Positions 1-14,030 are shown, counted from the first letter of the stretch. The stretch is 64,000 nt of DNA from an uncultured bacterium (GCA_963844965.1 CAWJQC010000008.1:64001-128000); one strand, 5' to 3'. A program made the numbers and translations. The notes: a model not told the origin generated them from the letters alone.

Positions 1-846
1 CTTCCGCATACCTTGGACGCGGGCCATGCCGCCCGGCGCTTCAAGTTTGCTCCCTTTTTTTCTGATATACGCGCGGAAACTGCCCTCGTTAATGTCGCGC
101 AATTCCAAGTCGAACACTTCCAATCCGTGCCGCACGAGAAGATTTTCCAGGGAAAGAAGCGAATAGAGCTCGAGGTGCTCGTGGCAGATGCCATCAAAGG
201 CGTTGCGCTCCAGCGCCCACGGCAGATAAGCCATCTGAACAACAAAAAGACCGTCGTTATCAAGGCATCGCACCACGTCGGCGACAAAAGCATTCGGGTC
301 TTCAAGGTCATAGAACATGGCGATTGCTGTTATGATCTTCGCTTTCCTGCCCCCAAACCCACTTCTCCATCCTTCAAACTTGAAAAAATCGGGAATAACT
401 TCCGTGAGCCCTTCACGACCGTATTTTTCCACAATATTGCGCGCCGGCTCAAAGCCGACGGTATTCAACCCAGGGATCGCGTACGAACGCAGAAGAGTTC
501 CGTCGTTAGAACCGATGTCAATCACGTAATCACCCGCGCGGAGCGGAACCTTTTTCTCGGCCGCCGATGTTATTGAGCCCAATTCATCGGTCATCGTCTT
601 GTTCATGCCGGAACGATACCAATAATTGCGATAGAGGGATTCGTGCGGAACCGTGTGCCGCAGCTGCAAGAGCCCGCAGCCGCCGTTCGCTTCGTTGCAA
701 AGCACAAGTTCAAGCGGCGCTTTTTTTCCCTGCCGCGCGTCGTCCACGAAGTCGGAAACGTACAAATCGCCCAGAGAGAGAACGGGCAGAAGGGGCGAAT
801 GGCCGCAGACGCGGCATGATTTTCTGACCGACATTTGTGGGTTCAT
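1..846 (-). CDS. SAM-dependent C-methyltransferase with N-terminal Zn-ribbon (NDP-hexose C-methyltransferase-like); 3' end lies outside the window
   Basis: Manual minus-strand translation from the ATG at 844-846 gives MNPQMSVRKSCRVCGHSPLLPVLSLGDLYVSDF...VIDIGSNDGTLL...GLFVVQMAYLPW. This is a CxxC Zn-ribbon followed by class I methyltransferase motifs. It is absent from the ORF track because no stop codon falls inside the window. The plus-strand ORF 13..576 is its antisense shadow. Confidence 0.6.
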   Translation of the reverse strand, partial: MNPQMSVRKSCRVCGHSPLLPVLSLGDLYVSDFVDDARQGKKAPLELVLCNEANGGCGLLQLRHTVPHESLYRNYWYRSGMNKTMTDELGSITSAAEKKVPLRAGDYVIDIGSNDGTLLRSYAIPGLNTVGFEPARNIVEKYGREGLTEVIPDFFKFEGWRSGFGGRKAKIITAIAMFYDLEDPNAFVADVVRCLDNDGLFVVQMAYLPWALERNAFDGICHEHLELYSLLSLENLLVRHGLEVFDLELRDINEGSFRAYIRKKGSKLEAPGGMARVQGMRK

Positions 847-930
847 AATATTCTTTGGATAATCGCACAGGTCCCGATTTTTTACAACTACAAATTCCCT
901 TATTGCCTATTGCCTATTGCCGCCAACCTC

Positions 931-2118
931 AAACATCTCTTTCGCAAATTTCTCCCAAGACATATTCTCTTTGACAAATTTCTGACTGGCGGAGGCAATT
1001 CTGTAATATTCTGCCGGACGGTTTATAAGACGCCTGATCTGCGCGGCAATTTGTCTGGCGCCAAAGGATCCACGAGAACCGCTGTTTCGTTGTCCCTAAC
1101 GGCTTCGCAAACATCGTTGGTGCGGCAAACGATCGATGGCAAGCCCGCCGCCATCGCTTCAAAAAGAACCATCTGCCAACCAAAGCCGTGCCGCGGCGGA
1201 GGAAGATAGAATCGGCAAAACTAAGAAGTCGCTTGTCGCATAAATTTCTTTGAGTTCCTTTTCTGTCGCGCCATCAAACATCAATTCTACAAAGGAAGCC
1301 AGACCGCGTTCGCCGACAAAGCGCCTGAGCTCTTCGGCATAAGCGTTCTCCTTCCAAATATTTTTGCAGACAATCGCGGCGCGAACGTCAACTCCATCGC
1401 CGCGCAGGATCTTTACGGCATCCACGATATCCTCAAAACGCCGGTACTTGTTCAAAGCTCCGACGCCGAGGAGACGAAACGTCTTTCTGCCTTCAATCTT
1501 TTTCGGCGGCGCGTAAAATTCGTTGAAATCGATCCCGGTCCAAATGATTTCGGTCCTTATGCCCCGCTCTTCCATCCATTTTTTGTTGCGCGATACAAGC
1601 GTCTTCCCGAAATCTATAAAACGGTAATACCGCCGCTCCTTGAAATCTTTAAGATAGTTGAAAATCCTGCTCAGGATATCGTACAAAAAATTATCCTTCG
1701 GCAAGTATATATAGGGCGGATCGGCCATATACCAAACGATTTTCGCCTTGCCGTTCCGCCTCCTGTAAAATTTGGCCACTTTATACGAAAAATCATGAAC
1801 GTTCACGAAGTCAAAATCGTCATCCATCGCCGCGGCAATTTGCCCGGCCATCGCGACAACCCGCCGCTCCTGTTCTATTTTTTCCACAATCCTGACAATC
1901 AAATTGTCGCTCGTGTACTGCCATTGCGCTGGTTTTCTTGGCCGCACGTTCCTTATCTCAAGCCCCTTCCGCAGTTCCGGATAGACGCCCTCGTTAAAAT
2001 CCGGAGCGTAGATAATCACCCTATGCCCTGCCCCGAGAAGCGCGTGCGCTTCTTCGTAGATAAGTCGGACCCCGCCGGCCTGCCACGATAAATTAAAACA
2101 AGTAATAGCAATTTTCAT
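931..2118 (-). CDS. Glycosyltransferase family 4 (GT4), reading frame broken twice near the 3' end
   Basis: The 319-aa ORF 1159..2118 has a GT4 N-domain. The C-terminal EX7E-region motifs (HGFGWQMVLFEAMAAGLPSIV, then AAQIRRLINRPAEYY...FSWEKFAKEMFEV) continue in two other frames down to about 931. The shifts fall at a short C/T run near 1195-1205 and near 1050. Confidence 0.55.
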
Positions 2119-2162
2119 TGGTTAGATCCGCTTGATAAAAATATCGGCGCTCTTGTTGTTTT

Positions 2163-3090
2163 TCACGGTATATCCGGAGAGCAGACATTCCGTAGAGACG
2201 GGCCCCCGACAACGCCTTTTCTATCGTCAATTTCAAAGAAGGAAAACCCCACGTTGCTCAAGGCTTCCAAATATTCGCATGGATCCGTTCCAAACATCTT
2301 GAGCCCGGCTGGCCAGAACTCCGAAACTATCTTTACCCGCGGATTTCTTTGCAGCAATTTTTTCATGCCTGCCAGCACTCCGCCCTCCGCTCCCTGCACA
2401 TCTATTTTGACAAAACTGACCGGCTTGTCGGCGAAATAATCGTCCAACGACACAGCTTTAACATCCACCGACCGGCGCCTGAGGTTCCGGGCGCCAGCTT
2501 ATCGTATAACGCCGAACCCTTATCCCAGTCCTTGGTTTTTTCATAAGGATCATAGATGCGATGGTCGCCAACATTATAATCGGAAATGAATAATTTCACC
2601 GTACCCGATCTTTCGCAAACGGCGGCCGGTATGATCTGGGTGTTATTATAACCGTTGACTTCCATGTTTTTCTTCAACAACCCCACGTTCACCGGCTCCG
2701 GTTCAAAAGCGAAAACCCTGCCCCCGGTCCCACAGCCCTTGCAAAAATCAGCGTGAAAAACCCGATATTGGCACCGACGTCGATTACCGTATCTCCCTTA
2801 GCTATATTCTCCTCCGCAACGGCAATCTCCCCGCGACTTCTTTCCGACTCCGACCATACAGATAGTTCCAAATTGTCGTAAGGATCCAAAAAAACAGTGT
2901 GGCCGCGGAATTTGACGCTCTCTGGCCTGCCGCTACGGACTGCTTCGCTCATCCATTCACGTATTGAACCGAGCGGCCATATTTTATGAAGGCCGAGGCC
3001 GCCGAAAAATCGGAGCCCGAACTTGTAAATAAAAACCAGTGGTGTTCTGATGATTTTTTTCATGTCACATATCGGTCGCGCGTTATTCAC
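2163..3090 (-). CDS. FkbM-family methyltransferase split over three frames
   Basis: ORFs 2689..3090 (DVGANIGFFTLIFA), 2402..2692 and 2163..2468 (VSFVKIDVQGAEGGVL) are the N-terminal, middle and C-terminal parts of one FkbM methyltransferase. The first shift sits in a C5/G5 run at 2721-2725. Reading through it gives GPGGRVFAFEPEP. Confidence 0.55.
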
Positions 3091-4123
3091 TGATTACTTT
3101 AAAAACAGTTTCCGCAAAATACTCCGGCATAAACCTTCTGAAGGCGGGCGATTCCAGATAACGCCGTATCGCGTTTCTGTAATCTTCCATCTCTCGCGGC
3201 GTCAAGGCACGTAGGAACGTCCTCAGTTCAGCGTAGTCTTTGAACTTCCTCATGTCTATAAAACAATCTGCAGGAACATCCTCTTCTATATCGGGAGCAC
3301 CCCAATACACCGGAATCGTGCCGGCAAAGAAACAATCAAAGATCTTTTCGGTAACATAACCTGGCCATATGGAATTTTCAAAGCAAAGAGAGAACTTATA
3401 ATCGCTTATCGTGGCCGACTTGTTCTCGGCCCTACCTCTCCAGATCTTTTTTATAAAAGGCAAACCGCTCGCTTCCCAGTGGCCGCCGTACAAATCAACC
3501 TCGCCTTCATATTTGCTGAAAAATTCCAGAGCGCGAACACGTTCGCTGTATAATTCCACTCCCCAAAAGCCTTTCGCCCGCCACCAATTGTTCATCATGA
3601 CCATAAACGATTTCCGCGGTTTCCGGAAATATTCCGAATTCAGGACCTTCAAGTTTTGGGCGTGATAGAAATGAGGGAAGCCGTCAACTTTCGGGACAAA
3701 AAGTGATTTGTCAAAACGGCTGACGATGGATGAAATGTTTCTGTAAACCCATGGGTTATTCACCGGCGATTCCCACTGCATCAGAATTTTTTTAGGGAAA
3801 TACCCAAGGATTTCCGGTAAATGTTCGTTCTTGAGCGGGAACGGTTTTTTTCTCCGCACCAGATTCATCAGACCGTACAATAATTTATAAAATCCGACCG
3901 GCGGATAGTTGAACACGATTACGACGTCGTTCGGGCTTCTGTCGTTGGCATTCAAAAAATCTATAGTATGAACCTCAATGCCACGGCCGTTAAGATAGAT
4001 TTTCAAAAAATCAAACGGCGGCGCGCTGTCGCCGTTCCTCGGCGGCAAAAAAAGCTTGTCGCCCATTTCCTGTTCTGAAAACGGCACGATATAGACCACT
4101 TTTTTCATTTTATTCATAGGCAT
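3083..4123 (-). CDS. Alpha-1,3-fucosyltransferase (GT10)
   Basis: The diagnostic FucT motif KFSLCFENSIWPGYVTEKIFDCFFAGTIPVYWG matches Helicobacter FutA-type GT10 enzymes. It is adjacent to GDP-fucose synthesis genes. Confidence 0.8.
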   Translation of the reverse strand: MPMNKMKKVVYIVPFSEQEMGDKLFLPPRNGDSAPPFDFLKIYLNGRGIEVHTIDFLNANDRSPNDVVIVFNYPPVGFYKLLYGLMNLVRRKKPFPLKNEHLPEILGYFPKKILMQWESPVNNPWVYRNISSIVSRFDKSLFVPKVDGFPHFYHAQNLKVLNSEYFRKPRKSFMVMMNNWWRAKGFWGVELYSERVRALEFFSKYEGEVDLYGGHWEASGLPFIKKIWRGRAENKSATISDYKFSLCFENSIWPGYVTEKIFDCFFAGTIPVYWGAPDIEEDVPADCFIDMRKFKDYAELRTFLRALTPREMEDYRNAIRRYLESPAFRRFMPEYFAETVFKVISE

Positions 4124-4169
4124 CGCTTATCGGGCGCACGACAATAAGTCAGCAACGACATTTGCCTCT

Positions 4170-6016
<1,847 letters not shown>

Positions 6017-6071
6017 TTTCACTGTTTTTAATAAAATAACATTGCCCCCGATTGCGGTCAACGAACCGATT

Positions 6072-6539
6072 TCAATCAAAGCCAGCCAAACCAAGCATTT
6101 CCTTAACGTACCGCGGCCAGCGCCTGTCAATCCGCGAAAACCAGCGAAGTTCGGAACTTTGACCATCGGGATGGGGTAACTTTCCGGCGCCCGCCTCCGC
6201 CAAAAACACGGAATTGACCGTGTGCACTGGCGGTCCGAACTCGCTATTATTGAAAATCGTTCCTCTCGCAGCTAGTAGTTTTTTGATCTTAATATCGCGC
6301 AAGCCGGTCTCTTCCCGTATTTTTCGTTTCACCGCGTCCTGAAGGATTTCGTTTTTCAAAATCCTGCCGCCGATGAGCCACCACTTGCCACGCATCGGCC
6401 TGTTCTTTCTTTTGCACAATAAAAATTTGCCGCGCGAGCGGACAACCGCATCCACACACGGAACCGGAACGACCTCCAAAATCTTCCTGTATAAACCGGC
6501 GGCGATCAGCCGCGGACCAAGCCTTATTTTTCTTCTCAT
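6072..6539 (-). CDS. NUDIX hydrolase, GDP-mannose mannosyl hydrolase-like
   Basis: Nudix box GGRILKNEILQDAVKRKIREETGL. It sits between fcl and gmd, as in gmd-fcl-gmm clusters. Confidence 0.55.
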   Translation of the reverse strand: MRRKIRLGPRLIAAGLYRKILEVVPVPCVDAVVRSRGKFLLCKRKNRPMRGKWWLIGGRILKNEILQDAVKRKIREETGLRDIKIKKLLAARGTIFNNSEFGPPVHTVNSVFLAEAGAGKLPHPDGQSSELRWFSRIDRRWPRYVKEMLGLAGFD

Positions 6540-6561
6540 CTCCTTCGGAAATGACGTGCGC

Positions 6562-7617
6562 TTAAAAACTCCCGGTGCGTCCGGCGAAATTCGGCAACTC
6601 GCACTTTATCTGCTCGGCGTAGCTGTGGAGATTATATTTCTCCAAATCGTATTTCAGCATGATCTTAACAATGTCCTCAAACTTGGTTCTCGCTTGCCAT
6701 CCCAACTTTTCTCTGGCTTTGCGCGTGTCCGCTATCAAATTTTCAACTTCCGTCGGCCTGTAATATCTAAGGTCAATTCCGACGTAATCATGCCAGTTCT
6801 CTATGCCGACCTCCTTAAAGGCCGCTTCTACGAAATCCTTAACGCTGTGCGAAACGCCAGTACCTATCACGTAATCTTCCGCTTTCGGCTGCCGCATCAT
6901 AAGATACATCGCCTCGCAATATTCCGGCGCGTAACCCCAGTCGCGGCGCGCGTCCAAATTACCCAAATAAATTTTTTTATCCAGACCGGCGAGAATTCTT
7001 GCGATGCCGCGCGTTATTTTTCTCGTGACAAACGTCTCGCCGCGCCGCTCCGATTCGTGATTGAAAAGTATGCCGTTCACGGCAAAAATTCCGTAGGCCT
7101 CCCTGTAATTCCTAACCGTATCAAAAGCGAACACTTTCGCGACCCCGTAAGGACTGCGCGGGTAGAAGGGAGTGTTCTCATTTTGCGGCGGCGGCGAAGC
7201 TCCAAACATCTCGGAACTCGACGCCTGATAAAATCTTATTTTTTTGCCGACGTGTTCCTCGTAGTCTTTTATCGCCTCCAACATCCTCAAAACTCCCAGA
7301 CCCGTGACATTCGCCGTATATTCCGGAATATCAAAAGAAACGCGCACATGCGACTGCGCACCTAAGTTGTAGATTTCGCCCGGTTGGATCTTATAAACAA
7401 GCCTTCTTATCGTGTTGGCGTCGGCGAGGTCGCCGAAGTGCAGAATCAGCCGCCGCCCGGATTCGTGCGGATCCTGATATATATGGTCCAATCTCCCGGT
7501 GTTAAAAGTTGAAGCCCGGCGCATGATGCCATGTACTTCATATCCCTTAGCGAGCAACAATTCGGTGAGATAAGAACCGTCCTGACCGGTTATGCCGGTG
7601 ATGAGAACCTTAAGCAT
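6562..7617 (-). CDS. gmd: GDP-mannose 4,6-dehydratase
   Basis: [31 protein letters not shown]...[37 protein letters not shown] is canonical Gmd. Confidence 0.9.
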   Translation of the reverse strand: MLKVLITGITGQDGSYLTELLLAKGYEVHGIMRRASTFNTGRLDHIYQDPHESGRRLILHFGDLADANTIRRLVYKIQPGEIYNLGAQSHVRVSFDIPEYTANVTGLGVLRMLEAIKDYEEHVGKKIRFYQASSSEMFGASPPPQNENTPFYPRSPYGVAKVFAFDTVRNYREAYGIFAVNGILFNHESERRGETFVTRKITRGIARILAGLDKKIYLGNLDARRDWGYAPEYCEAMYLMMRQPKAEDYVIGTGVSHSVKDFVEAAFKEVGIENWHDYVGIDLRYYRPTEVENLIADTRKAREKLGWQARTKFEDIVKIMLKYDLEKYNLHSYAEQIKCELPNFAGRTGSF

Positions 7618-7709
7618 AGCGTAATCTATAGCACATTGTTAAAAACAGTCAAGCCATCGCGGCTTCGCGATGCGGAACGTAAAAATGGCATCCCCAGAAT
7701 AATCGCAAG

Positions 7710-8360
7710 TTATTTATTTTTCCCCGATCCCGATGAAGAGGCCTGGCTTCGTATCTGCGCCAAATACTGATCAAGCGCCTGCGGCGTTCGCGTGTCGCTG
7801 GGCCATAGATTCATAATTTCTTGGGCGGTACTAATAGTGTCCTTCACGTCGCCCTCCATCCGGTAAACGTCAAACAGGCCGAAAAGAAACTGCGGCCGCT
7901 CGGGTCCGAGCGCCAATCCCTGACTGTAGTATTCATACGCCTCCTGAAGATATTTCACTTCATTTGTTTTGGTGTAAGCCACTTCGTTGATCGCTCCCAA
8001 AATATAAAGATTCTGCTCAAAACTCATACCCCGCCCCCGATCAACAATCGGCTTATAATAACTCTCAATGTAATCAACCATCTCCCCTATCGATTTCTGA
8101 TCGCTATTTTGCTGAACGCTTCCTAAAACTATGTTTGCGATATTTCTCACCAGTTCCTCTTGGCCGATCGGCGACCAATAATCAAGCGGCACCGATACCT
8201 TTTTCTCGAATTCCGAGAGGGAGCGGGCGGAGTTTAAATTCCTCAGGGTGTCTATAAATGTCTGCGACTTAACAAGAGGCCGAAGATTGCCTATGTAGGC
8301 GATGCACAACAAGAATGCCGAGATTAAAATCCCGATGATTTTTTTAAGCGTAGGATTCAT
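7710..8360 (-). CDS. Hypothetical membrane-anchored protein
   Basis: The ORF has an N-terminal hydrophobic segment (MNPTLKKIIGILISAFLLCIAY) and no recognisable catalytic motif. The likely start is at 8360. Confidence 0.35.
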   Translation of the reverse strand: MNPTLKKIIGILISAFLLCIAYIGNLRPLVKSQTFIDTLRNLNSARSLSEFEKKVSVPLDYWSPIGQEELVRNIANIVLGSVQQNSDQKSIGEMVDYIESYYKPIVDRGRGMSFEQNLYILGAINEVAYTKTNEVKYLQEAYEYYSQGLALGPERPQFLFGLFDVYRMEGDVKDTISTAQEIMNLWPSDTRTPQALDQYLAQIRSQASSSGSGKNK

Positions 8361-10125
8361 TATTGTGTAAATATAAATAATAATAACCAAAGGCAAAAAA
8401 CAGGAAAAGATTCACGTACATCGGCAGGACGTCAAAGATGGCAACGCCCTGAACGAGGTAGCCGATGGGCAACGATATCATGAGGGCCCTGACGATCGGC
8501 GAATGCTTCGTGGGCGACGATTCGGCTTGCCTTACGGCGTTAACCGCTTCAGCGCCATTTTTTCTGAGTGCTCCCCAAAAAACAGCGGCAAAAATACTGA
8601 GATAGCTCAACAAGCCCAAAATTCCTGTTTCGGACAAATAATCAAAGTAAATGCTGTGAGCCCGGTCAAACCATGTTTCCGAACTCGTGCCCGGAATATA
8701 GTGGCGCGGGTTGAAATACTTATCAAAAACCGAGCTGAAATTTTCCGCTCCCCAGCCCAAAACCGGCCTCTCCAAAAAACCACGCCACGCCGAACCCCAA
8801 GTCCAAAAACGAGTACTTGTTGTTGGATCGGTGAGGTTGACGCGCCCGGAACCCACCATATAAGCTCCGAGGACAACGGCGAGAACCTGAAATCCCAACA
8901 AAACCCACCAGAGATATTTCCTCTGGCGCGCAAACGCAATCAACACGGCCGTAAACATCACATAAAGAGATAGGGCGACGAGAGAGAAACCACCTAGCGG
9001 CATGTCAAACATCCGGCCGCCCGGCAGGTTCTGTACAAAAACACTGTTCCTGTAGCGCACGAGCACGCTGCCCGCGATAAGCAGAAAAGCAAGTATGCCG
9101 AGCGAGAATGGGCGGAATTTCGGCATTGCGAAACCCAAATATATGAGGAACGTCAAAATTGCCACAATAAACCCCAAAAACGCTCCGCGCGTTTGGCTGA
9201 GCATGAAGAAAAAGAACAACGCCGCAACTAACGCTATCCAGCCAATCATCACAAGTGTCTTCCTGCGTTTTGCGCTTGTCGCCCAGAGGTACGCCGCGTA
9301 GAACATCGCGAACATCAGATACGGCGCGACATATGCCGGATTTCCTAACGAACCCTGAATGCGCAAATTCGGGCTTACAATCTTGCTTAACCAACCACTT
9401 GGCGCCGTACCGCCCTGGAATGGGCTGATAAAACTATTGGCCCAGCCCAACTGGGCAAAAACGCCGTAGAGAACCAAGAGACCGGCCGCGACAAGTGAAA
9501 CCTTAAAAATGGCGCGCCAATCGTTCTCCTTTTTTAACAATAAAACGAGCAGGACGAAAAATACGTAGTAGTGAAGCATCTCAAAGCCGCCCTCACCGCG
9601 TTCGTAATTTGACCAAAAAGCCGCGTGCGGGTCGTAAGCAAAAATTGAAGAGAGAAGAAAAACAAAAACGAAAAGCGAGACGGCGATGAAAACCGGTTTC
9701 TTATAGACATCTTTTACAAGAGCTTCCACTTCTCCGTCTCTGGACTCAAACGCCCACCAGAGAACAAAAAATATGAGCGCAAGTTCAACCGAAAATCTGA
9801 AAAAGTAATCTTTTCCGCCAATGAACGGGAAAAAGGTTGAGGTCATCACGACAACCACGCTAAAAACCGCGAGATAGAGGTAATATCTCGCCACACCAAG
9901 CAATCTCGGTTTTTGCCAGAGACCAAATAAACCGATAACGCCGAATATTATTACCGAACCGGCCAAGGTCGGGATACTGCCAAAGCCCATCGCTATGAGA
10001 ACGAGGGCCGCTGCACCAATTTGGCCGTAAAGAAGATATCTTGAAGAATTGTGCATGAAAAAATTTGCGAAGTGCTTATCGCGAAGCGTTGAATGATTTG
10101 CGATTTGCGCTACGCACAATACCAA
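8344..10125 (-). CDS. O-antigen ligase/polymerase-like polytopic membrane protein (Wzy_C family)
   Basis: The protein has about 12 predicted TM helices with a periplasmic-loop motif (RIQGSLGNPAYVAPYLMFAMFYAAYLW). The start may be internal, at MHNSS near 10056. Confidence 0.5.
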   Translation of the reverse strand: MVLCVAQIANHSTLRDKHFANFFMHNSSRYLLYGQIGAAALVLIAMGFGSIPTLAGSVIIFGVIGLFGLWQKPRLLGVARYYLYLAVFSVVVVMTSTFFPFIGGKDYFFRFSVELALIFFVLWWAFESRDGEVEALVKDVYKKPVFIAVSLFVFVFLLSSIFAYDPHAAFWSNYERGEGGFEMLHYYVFFVLLVLLLKKENDWRAIFKVSLVAAGLLVLYGVFAQLGWANSFISPFQGGTAPSGWLSKIVSPNLRIQGSLGNPAYVAPYLMFAMFYAAYLWATSAKRRKTLVMIGWIALVAALFFFFMLSQTRGAFLGFIVAILTFLIYLGFAMPKFRPFSLGILAFLLIAGSVLVRYRNSVFVQNLPGGRMFDMPLGGFSLVALSLYVMFTAVLIAFARQRKYLWWVLLGFQVLAVVLGAYMVGSGRVNLTDPTTSTRFWTWGSAWRGFLERPVLGWGAENFSSVFDKYFNPRHYIPGTSSETWFDRAHSIYFDYLSETGILGLLSYLSIFAAVFWGALRKNGAEAVNAVRQAESSPTKHSPIVRALMISLPIGYLVQGVAIFDVLPMYVNLFLFFAFGYYYLYLHNNESYA

Positions 10126-10270
10126 TCTTTAGCGGGCGCACCCGGTAGTGAAAACTCGACCGAATAATTTGCCGATTTTTTCTTTATCTCCAATTGTACC
10201 ATTATGATAACTCAATTAACCAACCCTGTGAATATTTTCTCCGCCTCTTGGCGGAGCAGTCAAGTTTCTA

Positions 10271-11793
10271 CTACCGGGCGTATTCTACCGCCCTCATTTC
10301 TCTTATCACGTTTACTTTAATCTCGCCAGGGTATTTTAACTCAGATTGTATCCTATTGGCAATCTCTCGCGCAAGTTCCAGAGCCCGGAAGTCGTCGATC
10401 TTTTCAGGCACCACGAATACGCGCAACTCCCGGCCGGCAGATATGGCGTAAGCGTTTTTGACCCCGGGGAATTCCATGGCGATCTTTTCAAGGTCCGCTA
10501 GCCGTTTTATATAAGCCTCGAGTGTCCCCCTGCGGGCTCCAGGCCGCGCGGCCGAAAGAACATCCGCCGCCGCAACCACATAGGCCTCCGGCGAAGCATA
10601 TGGGTAGTCGTCGTGATGCGACTGCATCGCCTCAATAACCCGGTCATTTATACCATATTTCTTTAAAATTTTTCTTCCCAGCTCCACGTGTGTTCCCTCA
10701 ACCTCATAATCTATCGCCTTGCCGATATCGTGGAGCAATGCTCCGCGTTTGGCCACATCAACGTTCAGGCCAAGTTCGCCGGCTATCATACCGGAAAGAT
10801 AGGCCATCTCAAGCGAGTGCGTCAGAACGTTCTGGCCGTAACTGGTCCTGAAATTCAAACGCCCCAAAAGCTGCAAAATCTCCTTGGGCAGGTCAAAAAT
10901 CCCGATGTCCTGAGCCGCCGCTTCGCCAATTTCCTGAGTACGTTTTTGAAGTTCGTCCTTCGCTTCTTCCACTTTTTCCTCAATTTTCGCCGGCTGGATC
11001 CGGCCGTCTTTTATCAACTTGTCCAAAGCGATCCTGGCCACTTCCCTACGGTAGGGGTCAAAAGAAGAAATGATGACGCTGTCCGGCGTTTCGTCTATCA
11101 CGAACTCCACTCCCGTCGCGCGTTCCAATGCCCTGATGTTTCTTCCTTCGCGTCCGATTATCTTCCCTTTCAGTTCTTCGTCCGCCAAAGGATACATAGT
11201 CGTCGTAATTTCCGAAACCTGCGACCGAGAATAGCGCTGAAGAGCCGTGGTTATTATACCCACAGATTTTTTCTCAATTTCCTCGTGATTTTCTTTCTCT
11301 ATTTTTTCAAGAGAACGCGCAAGATCTTCGTTATATCTCTCCTTGATCTGACGCAAGAGCTCTTCCTTCGCTTCCCCGGAACTCAATTTCGCAACGGACT
11401 CAAGCCGTGATTGGATTAAATTCTTTGCGGACTCCAGCTCCGTCTCTTTTGTTTTTATGGATTCTTCCTTGGCCCTCAAATTGCGCTCCTCGGCGCTCAA
11501 GGCATTGAGTTTTTTGTCCAAATTCTCCTCGCGGCGCAAAAGCCGGGACTCTAAAGAGTCAATCTCTCTTTTACGGTCGCGTTCTTCGTTTTTAAGCTCA
11601 ACCAAAAGCGAGGCGGCCTTATCCTTCGCCTCCAAAACAATCTCTTTCGCTTTGGTCTCCGCCTCTTCCCAAGTTTCTTGACCCGCTCTTCTGCCGAGCC
11701 TAACTTCTTAGATACCCAAAATTTCCTACCCAAGTAACCTGCCGCAAATCCAACTAAAACGGCGGCAACCATAAGTGCCGTTGAATTTCCCAT
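10271..11793 (-). CDS. rny: Ribonuclease Y (apparent frameshift near 11660 separates the N-terminal TM segment)
   Basis: The main ORF 10271..11635 has KH and HD domains (LLHDIGKAIDYE...SHHDDY). The N-terminal TM anchor (MGNSTALMVAAVLVGFAAGYLGRKF) is in ORF 11551..11793 in another frame. The junction lies beside a cggg run. Confidence 0.85.
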
Positions 11794-12009
11794 GGTATCT
11801 TAGTCCTAAATTTTTCACGAGATAACGCGATGCCAATACGAACACGTGCCAGTGATACCAACTGAATGAATTTGTATCGCCAGTAAAACTTTTATATTGG
11901 TATCGTTCTAGAATTCTTTAGGAATTTTGATGACTTTTATAACGTACTTACATTGTAGCGCGAAATCGTAAAATTAGTCAATACCCAGAAAATCCTTTAA
12001 AATATAGGT

Positions 12010-13570
12010 ATGTCAAAACGTTCCGTTATTCTCATAATCCTGGATGGTTGGGGAATCGGCAGAGATGACGAATCCAACCCGGTTCACGTTGTAAATCCGC
12101 GGACGTTCAGGTGGCTGGCGGATAATTTCCCGATGACGAGCCTGCGGGCCTCGGGAATATCCGTCGGCCTACCCTGGGGAGAAACGGGCAACAGCGAAGT
12201 GGGGCATCTCACGCTCGGCGCCGGTAAAATCGTTTACCAGTACTACCCGAAGATAATGATGGCCATCCGCGACGGGAGTTTTTTCAAGAACGACGCGCTT
12301 CTTCAGGCTCTTCAATCACGCCAAAAAAAATAACTCGTCGGTGAACGCGGCGGGCTTGACCGAAGCCAACGTTCACGCCTCATTAGACCACGTCCAAGCG
12401 CTCATAAAAATGGCCGACACAATGAACGTCCCCATAAAACTTCACCTCTTCGCCGACGCCAAAGACAGCCCACCGCAAACCGTTCAGAAATTTTTAAAAG
12501 AACTGCCGAAAGACAAAATCGCAACCCTCATCGGCCGCTATTACGCCATGGACAGAAGCCGCGAATGGCAACTCACCAAAACCGCCTACGACAATATGAC
12601 GGGCAGTGCCGGCGCGGTAGTTGAAGACCCAACCGAAATGATCCTTGACACGTTCAAGCAAGGGCTCACGGAAGAATATCTGCCGCCGATGCGCTTCGGC
12701 TCGCCTCGCGACAACTCTGGCGAAGCGGGCGAAGATAAAACCATAAAAGACGGCGACTCCCTGATTTTTTTCAACTACCGCGAGGATTCAATCAGGCAGC
12801 TCGCCGAGTCGTTCATTCTCAAAGATTTCAACGATTTCCCGACCATAAAGTTCCGGGATCTCAAAGTTGTCACAATGACGCATTATGAAGACAAGCTTGA
12901 CGTACCGGTCGCGTTTGAAGGCGATACCGTCACCTATCCTCTGAGTAGGGTCATAAGCGACGCCGGAAAAATCCAGCTAAAACTGGCCGAAAGTTACAAA
13001 TACGCCCACGTCACCTTTTTCTTCAACGGTTACCTTGAGCCGGCGTTCAAAAACGAATACAGGGTTTTGATACCGTCAATCCAAACACCGCGACCGGAGG
13101 AACATCCGGAAATGATGGCCTCCGCGATCACCGACCGGCTTCTTGAAGCGGCGCAGGATGGAGGCTTTGATTTCATACTCGTGAACTACGCAAATTCCGA
13201 TACCATCGGCCACACCGCGAACTACGAAGCGGGATTGAAAGCTGTGGCCACGATAGACAAGGAGCTCGGCCGCCTGCTCAAAGTCGCCGTAAATCCGGAA
13301 ACGGTTCTCCTCATCACTTCCGACCACGGAAACATAGAGGAGATGATGAACCCGACGACCGGTCTTCCCGAAAGCCAGCACGACCCGAACCCGGTGCCAT
13401 TCTATCTCATTGCCCCGGAATTCAAAGGCAGAAAATTCGTGAACTCAGAAAATATGCGGAACGAAACCTTGGGAACGCTTGCCGACGTCGCACCGACGGT
13501 TCTAGAATTGATGAACTTGGAAAAGCCGGCGGATATGACGGGAAGGAACTTACTGGAGGGGTTGATGTGA
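12010..13570 (+). CDS. gpmI: 2,3-bisphosphoglycerate-independent phosphoglycerate mutase (apparent frameshift in an A8 run near 12330)
   Basis: ORF 12010..12333 has ILDGWG...GLPWGETGNSEVGHLTLGAG. ORF 12341..13570 has GRYYAMDRSREW...SDHGN. They are the two halves of iPGM, separated by ccaaaaaaaataa. Confidence 0.85.
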
Positions 13571-13661
13571 AAGCTAAATTCAAAAGTGTTCAAACTTTCA
13601 ACTTTTGAACCGAATTTTTGAAAAACCGCTTGCGGCGCAAAATGTTATAATAAGAACGATG

Positions 13662-14030
13662 AAGCTGTTGGCAAAAATAGTCATAACCATCGCCATAAAC
13701 GCCTTCGCTTTATGGGCGGCGGCGACTTATATTCCGGGGTTCAAAATCACATCCGACCTCAAACAAATCATAATCATCGCCCTTATTTTTTCTGTGTTGA
13801 ACTTCATCCTGAAGCCAATCATAAAACTCATACTCGGACCAGTGATAGTTCTCACGCTCGGCCTTGGCATCGTCCTCGTAAACGCAATCATCTTGTATCT
13901 CCTTCCCGTTTTGGCAAATCATCTTGACATCCTCAAAGGAAGCATTAGTATTGAAACCATTCCCGCGCTTATATACGGCACGATTCTCATCGGGCTCATA
14001 AATTTCGTGCTACATCTGGCAATAAAGTAA
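13662..14030 (+). CDS. Small 4-TM membrane protein (phage holin 4/DUF360-like)
   Basis: The hydrophobic pattern is MKLLAKIVITIAINAFALWAAATYIPGF...GPVIVLTLGLGIVLVNAIILYLLPVL. Confidence 0.35.
   Translation, partial: KLLAKIVITIAINAFALWAAATYIPGFKITSDLKQIIIIALIFSVLNFILKPIIKLILGPVIVLTLGLGIVLVNAIILYLLPVLANHLDILKGSISIETIPALIYGTILIGLINFVLHLAIK

Noticed and set aside
13-576. 187-aa plus-strand ORF at the window start
   Set aside because: It has no recognisable motifs. It is exactly antisense to a well-formed Zn-ribbon methyltransferase gene on the minus strand, so it is a shadow ORF.
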